From: Thermoproteota archaeon
GTDB lineage: Archaea > Korarchaeota > Korarchaeia > B14-G2
DNA length: 20,257 bases
Assembly: GCA_037917675.1 (NCBI GenBank)
Contig: JAVCBW010000002.1
Span: 1 to 20,257 of the forward strand
Reading direction: 5' to 3'
Below are positions 15,056 through 20,257 of this stretch, piece by piece. The translations under genes were made by a program, and so were the position numbers. The notes under the pieces are model-generated. The model did not search any database. It was not told the DNA's origin and saw only the letters and a program-made list of their open reading frames with translations. The first letter of the stretch is position 1. Each line of letters starts with the position of its first letter.

Positions 15056-16240
15056 CTAGCCTTGTGATATTATTCTGCTCAGTACTTTCTCTACTCCCAT
15101 TGTAGGCTCCTCTTCAACTTCTGAATGAATATCGCCGGTATATGGGTTAGCTGCTATATGCAGCATCCCTATCCGAATATAATACACTATTCTACCGTCT
15201 TTGAGAGGTATTCTCATGCAGAAAACTTTCTCTCTAGCGATGGAGGAGAGGTCAACTGTCTTCCCCTCAGAGTTCATGTTCTGTAGGGCGAAAACAACTG
15301 TATAGAAGTCTTGGCTTTCCTCAAGCTCTTCCACTTCTCTAGCCCATCTTGCTAACATAGATATGACATCTCTCGTATTGGTGAGGTCAGCTTTCATATA
15401 AGGCTCTACCTTGCTCTTCTCAGAGGCTTCCAGCTTAAGAGCTGAAATGAGCCTCTTAGCAATCTCCTCATAGCTATCCTGTCTTCTTCTCCTGGCGCCA
15501 GCTTTCCTCATAGCTCTGATCACAGTCGTCTTAGACACCTTCATTCCAAGCTTATCAGACATGGCCTCAGCTATCTCCCTGGTGCTTGCACCTGACATGG
15601 CCATCTCGATAATATCTTCTCTACACTTCTCGAGCAGCATTCTTACCTTAGATTTCTCTCTGAGCTTGACTCCTCTCTTCTTTAGGATTCTCAGCACTGT
15701 ATGCTTGCTAGCTTTTTTCCCTAGCTTCTCTTCACAATACTTGAGTATCTCACTTACACTGTACCCTTGCTCATATAGCTCAGCTATCTTCTCCTCTTCT
15801 TCTTTGCTGAAGATCTTTAGGGTCTGAGCTATCTTCCTCCTCTTCTCCTTGACTCTTTCCCTCTCTAGCTCACTAACCTTCACGCCTCTGTTCCTTAACA
15901 CCCTGAATACCACGCTGGGGGAGATCTTCTTGCCAAACTCATTGTATACTCTCTCTATGACCTCGCTGTACGTTAGCTGCTCTTCTAGCACCCACTTAAC
16001 CACCTGCTCCTCTTCTTCCTCTGTCAGAGCTCTCCTCCCAGCATTTACCCTCCTTATGACGGCCCTCCAGTGCTCTTTTGGATCCACTGAAGCCTCTCTG
16101 AGGAGTTTCTTCACATCTCTGTTAGAGCTCACCTTGACTCCCAGCTCCCTAGAGAGTTTCTCTCTGATCTCACGGATAGAAAGCCCCTCTAGAGCCCACT
16201 TCCTCACGTTCTCAAGTATCTCGACGTCTATTGCCCTCAA
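15056..16240 (-). CDS. Multi-HTH putative DNA-binding protein (four tandem HTH repeats plus an unknown C-terminal domain)
   Basis: Four repeats of the form G.S..EI...L....G.K.S...V.R.L...G in aa 10-250. TTG start overlaps the PfkB stop (TTGA). Confidence 0.75.
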   Translation of the reverse strand: MRAIDVEILENVRKWALEGLSIREIREKLSRELGVKVSSNRDVKKLLREASVDPKEHWRAVIRRVNAGRRALTEEEEEQVVKWVLEEQLTYSEVIERVYNEFGKKISPSVVFRVLRNRGVKVSELERERVKEKRRKIAQTLKIFSKEEEEKIAELYEQGYSVSEILKYCEEKLGKKASKHTVLRILKKRGVKLREKSKVRMLLEKCREDIIEMAMSGASTREIAEAMSDKLGMKVSKTTVIRAMRKAGARRRRQDSYEEIAKRLISALKLEASEKSKVEPYMKADLTNTRDVISMLARWAREVEELEESQDFYTVVFALQNMNSEGKTVDLSSIAREKVFCMRIPLKDGRIVYYIRIGMLHIAANPYTGDIHSEVEEEPTMGVEKVLSRIISQG

Positions 16241-17361
16241 AGCCTCCCACCGATGCTTTTCTGCATGCCAGTATCCTCACAGCATTCAGCTATAAATCTA
16301 GAGACATCACTGAGAGTAGGATGTCTCCCTCCTCTAGATATATAGCTTGCAGCAACCGCATTGGCTAGGAGAAGCCTACTAGTTGGGGTGAGCCCTATAA
16401 GATCTCCAAAGACGTTTCCTGCATTCCAAGCGTCACCTGCTCCTGTAGCTAGCTTCACATCTACCTTAAAGCAGGGTACTATGGTGACTTCCCCATCGAG
16501 AGCTGAGGCAGAAAATAAGCTGGTATGCAAGTCTACTCTCACAGGAGCTACTTTCGACATCCTATAGGCTGCATATAGTGCATTCTTAAGTCCCCTTCCT
16601 GTCTCAATCCCTATGGCTCTAGAAACCCATAGAGCCTCATTTTCATTAAGTGATATTACATCCAGGAGGCCACATGAGATCACTCTGTTGATAAGCTCTC
16701 TTACCTCTTCTAGGCTTCTGACAGTCACATCAGATGGATCCATATACGTTATTTTTCCTAGCCTCCTAGCTTCCTCTAGCACATACTCTGCTAGCTCTGT
16801 CCCTCTCTCCATAGCCGTCCAGTTAAAGAACCCAACGACATCAGCTAAGGCAGCCTTACTCATGATGGTATTGAAGTCTTCTGGCTTAGCTTCAGCTAAA
16901 CTCCCCCTATATCCTATCATCACATTACTTCTCCCTCTCCCATACCTTACCTCAAAGGCAACAGTTAAGCAATCTCTTTCAACTCTTATGACATGGATAT
17001 CTACTGGGAGGTTTTTCATGAAGTATCTGAGCAGGATTTCACCTAGCTCACCTGCATAAACTGCGAGTATCACTCTTACACCAAGAGAAGCTATTGCTGA
17101 GGCAAAGTTTGAAGCGTTTCCTCCTCTGATGACCCTCTGGCTTCCAGCATGTAAGACCCCCCCTCCTCTCCTAGCGACTTCCTGGAGCTTTTTAGCAAAG
17201 CTCTTCATGTCCTCTTCTAATATCACAAGCCTATCTATGAAGAAGTCTGGAAGAGCTACCACAGTCTTCCTTGGATGTGTTTTGCTAAGTTCTTCTAACA
17301 AATTGCTTGCATCAACTCCCCTGCTCCACTCTCTTAACCGGTATAGTTTAGTGAGATGCAT
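16237..17361 (-). CDS. PfkB-family carbohydrate kinase
   Basis: RGGNASNFA, YMDP, SLNENEA, anion hole ATGAGDAWNAG, ANAVAA. TTTAAA lies 25 nt upstream of ATG 17361. Confidence 0.9.
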   Translation of the reverse strand: MHLTKLYRLREWSRGVDASNLLEELSKTHPRKTVVALPDFFIDRLVILEEDMKSFAKKLQEVARRGGGVLHAGSQRVIRGGNASNFASAIASLGVRVILAVYAGELGEILLRYFMKNLPVDIHVIRVERDCLTVAFEVRYGRGRSNVMIGYRGSLAEAKPEDFNTIMSKAALADVVGFFNWTAMERGTELAEYVLEEARRLGKITYMDPSDVTVRSLEEVRELINRVISCGLLDVISLNENEALWVSRAIGIETGRGLKNALYAAYRMSKVAPVRVDLHTSLFSASALDGEVTIVPCFKVDVKLATGAGDAWNAGNVFGDLIGLTPTSRLLLANAVAASYISRGGRHPTLSDVSRFIAECCEDTGMQKSIGGRL

Positions 17362-17564
17362 GCTGATAGCCCCAGGCTCACTGGCTTTAAAGGGAACGAT
17401 GGCTTAGGTGGGAGCCTGTTGCCTTCACTCTAGCATTTTTCCTCTCCCCCATAGATTCCATGTAGGCTTATATCAGGGATTATAGCTTTAAAGATCCCTA
17501 CCACATCCTAGTGTACCTAGATCTAGCTGTTAAGCAATCTAAGATGCTTACTGCTATAGCAGCT

Positions 17565-18143
17565 TCACGTATCTGGCTCTAGGGAAGTCTCAGAGCTAGG
17601 GTCAGCTTCTATCCTATAGGACTTAACTTCTGTGGTAACCTCTTCTTCAAGCTTCACGTGCTCGATGATGACATCATCTCCGTGTATTTCTATTACCGTG
17701 AAGCTTGGTATGCTATAAGCTGCTGACCCACCCCAGACACCAGTTGCGCTCCCTGGGTTCACTATCAGAACCCCCCTGTAGAAAACATCTCCCTGTCTGT
17801 GAGTATGTCCTGTCACTAGGATGTTTACCCTCATCTTCCTCGCTATCGAGCTGAGCTTAGCTGGGTCTCCTCTCGGATGAACTCCCGTGCCATGGTAAAC
17901 TCCAACCTGTAGCTTTCCTGCTGTAAAGCTCCCGTATGTAGGAAGATCTATGTAATCCATGTTCCCTCGCACTGCTATACACTTCTCTCCTAGGCTACAC
18001 ACCCATGAGAGTACCTCCTCAGTCGTGTAGTCTCCTGTAGCAGCTACAACATCAAATTCTCTATTAAGCCTCTCAGCAAGCTTATCAGGTACCCTACTAG
18101 CTCTACTAGGTATGTGTAGGTCTCCTATTGCAAGGACTCTCAA
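17565..18143 (-). CDS. Metallophosphoesterase, YfcE/MJ0936/Vps29-like
   Basis: GDLHIPSRA, TGD, VRGNMD, YHG, GHTH, NPGSATG, IPSF. Confidence 0.9.
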   Translation of the reverse strand: MRVLAIGDLHIPSRASRVPDKLAERLNREFDVVAATGDYTTEEVLSWVCSLGEKCIAVRGNMDYIDLPTYGSFTAGKLQVGVYHGTGVHPRGDPAKLSSIARKMRVNILVTGHTHRQGDVFYRGVLIVNPGSATGVWGGSAAYSIPSFTVIEIHGDDVIIEHVKLEEEVTTEVKSYRIEADPSSETSLEPDT

Positions 18144-18154
18144 ATCTCACACCT

Positions 18155-18685
18155 CTAGTAGTCTATCCCCTTTCTCGATACAATACCTTGCTTAAATGGA
18201 TGCTTAACTTCCTCCATGACCGTGACCAGGTCAGCTACCTCTATAAGCTCTGGTGGGGCATATCTGCCTGTCAGGACAAGCTCAACGTGAGGAGGCTTCT
18301 TCTCTATAAGCTCAAGAACATCACTCAGCTTCACAAGCCTAAAGTGCAATGCTACATTCACCTCATCTAGGACTATGACATCATACTCTCCACTCAGTAT
18401 GGCTTTCTTGGCGTACTCGAGTGCTTTCCTAGCCTCCTCTATGTCAATGGGCTTCGGGCTAGCTGGATTAACGAACTCTGGTGTCCCAAATCTCACGACG
18501 TCTATGTTCTCTATCCTCTTACAGGCTTCAACTTCACCATACCCCTCCCACCCCTTCATTAACTGGATGATGAGAACCTTTAATCCATGTCCTGCTGCTC
18601 TCAGTGCGAGCCCAAATGCAGCTGTAGTCTTCCCCTTACCGTTGCCAGTGTATACTTCTACAAGTCCCTTGCTGAGCTTAGGCAT
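18155..18685 (-). CDS. cobO: Cob(I)yrinic acid a,c-diamide / cob(I)alamin adenosyltransferase (CobO/BtuR type)
   Basis: VYTGNGKGKTTAAFGLALRAAGHG, VLDEVN, ELVLTGR, ADLVTVM..VKHPF, GIDY. Confidence 0.95.
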   Translation of the reverse strand: MPKLSKGLVEVYTGNGKGKTTAAFGLALRAAGHGLKVLIIQLMKGWEGYGEVEACKRIENIDVVRFGTPEFVNPASPKPIDIEEARKALEYAKKAILSGEYDVIVLDEVNVALHFRLVKLSDVLELIEKKPPHVELVLTGRYAPPELIEVADLVTVMEEVKHPFKQGIVSRKGIDY

Positions 18686-19643
18686 CTACCCCATCCCTTA
18701 TCCTCTTCATCACGAGCTTTTCTAGACTAGATGCCGCCGTATATGGGTCTATCTCCCTCTCAGCAACCTTCCTAGCAAGCTCCTCCAGCGTATAGCTGGC
18801 TTCAAGCTCTCTCCTCATGAGGTTCATAAGCCTGCTGAGAGCTATGCTCTCTATGATATCCATAGCCTTCCTCCTAGCTTTCTCAGGAGGCATGGTCTTC
18901 ACGAATTCTCTATGCTTCTCTATCCACTCAACAAGCTCTATTATTCCTTCTCCAGTCCTAGCTGACACCTTTACCACAGGAGGCTTCCACCCATCTCTAG
19001 CCTCCATTATCTCCAAGGCATTCTTCAGCTCTAGGTATGCCTCGTCTACTGTAGGCAAATCTGCCTTGTTTACGACAAATATGTCACCTACCTCCATCAC
19101 GCCTGCTTTAAGCGCCTGTATTTCGTCTCCAAGCCCTGGGCAGACTACTACAAGCACTGTATGAGCTACTCGATAGACCTCTACTTCATCCTGTCCTGCT
19201 CCAACAGTCTCTATTATCACTACATCATATTCAAGCGAGTCTAGCAAGTACACTGCTACTCTAGTACACCTCGCTATGCCTCCTGGCTCCCCTCTTGTAG
19301 CCAGACTTCTGATGAACACCTTGTCGTCAAGCGTATATCTCTGCATTCTCAGCCTGTCGCCTAGCAGAGCGCCTCCTGTCAAAGGGCTAGTTGGGTCTAT
19401 TGCCAGCACAGCTACCTTAGATCCTCTTTTCCTATACTCCTCTATCAGCTTTCCTATCAGTGTGCTCTTGCCTGCACCAGAAGGGCCAGTCACACCTATT
19501 ACCAGTGCTCTGCCAGTCTTAGGATAGGTCTTAGAGGCTATTTCTAGTGCAGCATGCTCACTGTCTTCAACTAGCGTTATCAGCCTTGCTAGCGCTCTCT
19601 TGTCTCCCCTCTCAGCTCTACTAAGCAGCTCATCTACTTTCAT
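18678..19643 (-). CDS. meaB: Methylmalonyl-CoA mutase-associated GTPase MeaB/ArgK
   Basis: RALARLITLVE, GPSGAGKSTL, AIDPTSPLTGGALLGDRLRM, ETVGAGQDE, GDEIQALKAGVME, NKAD. Adjacent to the mutase genes. Confidence 0.95.
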   Translation of the reverse strand: MKVDELLSRAERGDKRALARLITLVEDSEHAALEIASKTYPKTGRALVIGVTGPSGAGKSTLIGKLIEEYRKRGSKVAVLAIDPTSPLTGGALLGDRLRMQRYTLDDKVFIRSLATRGEPGGIARCTRVAVYLLDSLEYDVVIIETVGAGQDEVEVYRVAHTVLVVVCPGLGDEIQALKAGVMEVGDIFVVNKADLPTVDEAYLELKNALEIMEARDGWKPPVVKVSARTGEGIIELVEWIEKHREFVKTMPPEKARRKAMDIIESIALSRLMNLMRRELEASYTLEELARKVAEREIDPYTAASSLEKLVMKRIRDGVDA

Positions 19644-19645
19644 CT

Positions 19646-20056
19646 CTACCTCTTCCTCTTGACATTCCTCTTTATGTAATCGACTATCCTTGAAGTAGGG
19701 GTGCCTGGACCAAAGATCTCAGCTATACCTGCTTCCTTAAGCTTAGGTATGTCATCATCTGGTATTATGCCTCCAGCTATGACAAGGACGTCGTCAGCAC
19801 CCTTCTGTCTGAGTAGCTCAACAACCCTTGGTAGAAGTTCCATGTGAGCTCCAGACAGTATGCTGAGGCCGACGACATCTACGTCCTCTTGTATTGCTGT
19901 CTCAGCTATCTGCTCTGGTGTCTGCCTTATCCCAGTATATATCACTTCCATGCCAGCATCCCTGAGTGCTCTAGCCACTACCTTAGCTCCTCTATCATGT
20001 CCATTGAGGCCTGGCTTAGCTATCAAAACCTTAATTTTCCTCTCTTCCCTACTCAT
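19646..20056 (-). CDS. Methylmalonyl-CoA (acyl-CoA) mutase, cobalamin-binding small subunit
   Basis: [57 protein letters not shown]. Confidence 0.95.
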   Translation of the reverse strand: MSREERKIKVLIAKPGLNGHDRGAKVVARALRDAGMEVIYTGIRQTPEQIAETAIQEDVDVVGLSILSGAHMELLPRVVELLRQKGADDVLVIAGGIIPDDDIPKLKEAGIAEIFGPGTPTSRIVDYIKRNVKRKR

Positions 20057-20066
20057 TTTCAGCCCC

Positions 20067-20257
20067 TCATATTATTATCGGCTCAACATACTCTCCGTAA
20101 ACCTCCTTTAATACACCCATTATCTCGCCTACCGTAGCATAAGACTTGACTGCATTGTAGACGTATGGCATCACATTCATGTCTCTTTCTGCTGCTTTCC
20201 TTAGCTGATGTAGTGCTTCTTCCACCTTCTTTTTGTCTCTCTGCTCCTTCACTCTCC
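20067..20257 (-). CDS. Methylmalonyl-CoA (acyl-CoA) mutase large subunit, C-terminal fragment (runs off the window end)
   Basis: [17 protein letters not shown]...[30 protein letters not shown] is the typical end of the catalytic subunit of split mutases. It lies directly upstream of the B12 subunit. Confidence 0.88.
   Translation of the reverse strand, partial: RVKEQRDKKKVEEALHQLRKAAERDMNVMPYVYNAVKSYATVGEIMGVLKEVYGEYVEPIII

Noticed and set aside
15056-16240. IS630-family transposon
   Set aside because: HTH repeats only. No DDE domain, terminal inverted repeats or target duplication seen, and the gene is coupled to pfkB by a TTGA overlap.
17362-17564. tRNA, cobalamin riboswitch or CRISPR array in the larger intergenic gaps
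   Set aside because: No cloverleaf or T-loop consensus, no recognisable B12 box and no regularly spaced direct repeats, here or in 8225-8428 and 14869-15055.

Overview
Compact archaeal housekeeping-type region. The S17e gene, PAE1156-type KaiC ATPase, split methylmalonyl-CoA mutase and many TTG/GTG starts suggest a TACK/Thermoproteota-like host (inferred). About 21 CDS are present; I found no rRNA, tRNA, CRISPR array or transposase. The main finding is at 1-5470. A short, hinge-less SMC ATPase with Smc5/6-type motifs overlaps an unannotated ScpA-like kleisin gene. An unannotated tandem winged-helix protein with an Nse1/Nse3 (KITE)-like C-terminal motif lies about 1.7 kb further on. These three candidate subunits of a minimal archaeal Smc5/6-like complex are interleaved with a KaiC ATPase, an inverted AEP primase-polymerase and an Lhr helicase. 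The rest encodes a PUA protein, RimK-family ligase, nucleotide-sugar dehydrogenase, an orphan gene whose TATA box is enclosed by a 12-bp inverted repeat, S17e, a class III aminotransferase, a GlcF/GlcD-like pair with an altered active site, GcvT, a second KaiC, a four-HTH repeat protein, a PfkB kinase, a Vps29-like phosphoesterase, CobO, MeaB and mutase subunits. All family calls come from motif recognition by eye, not database searches.
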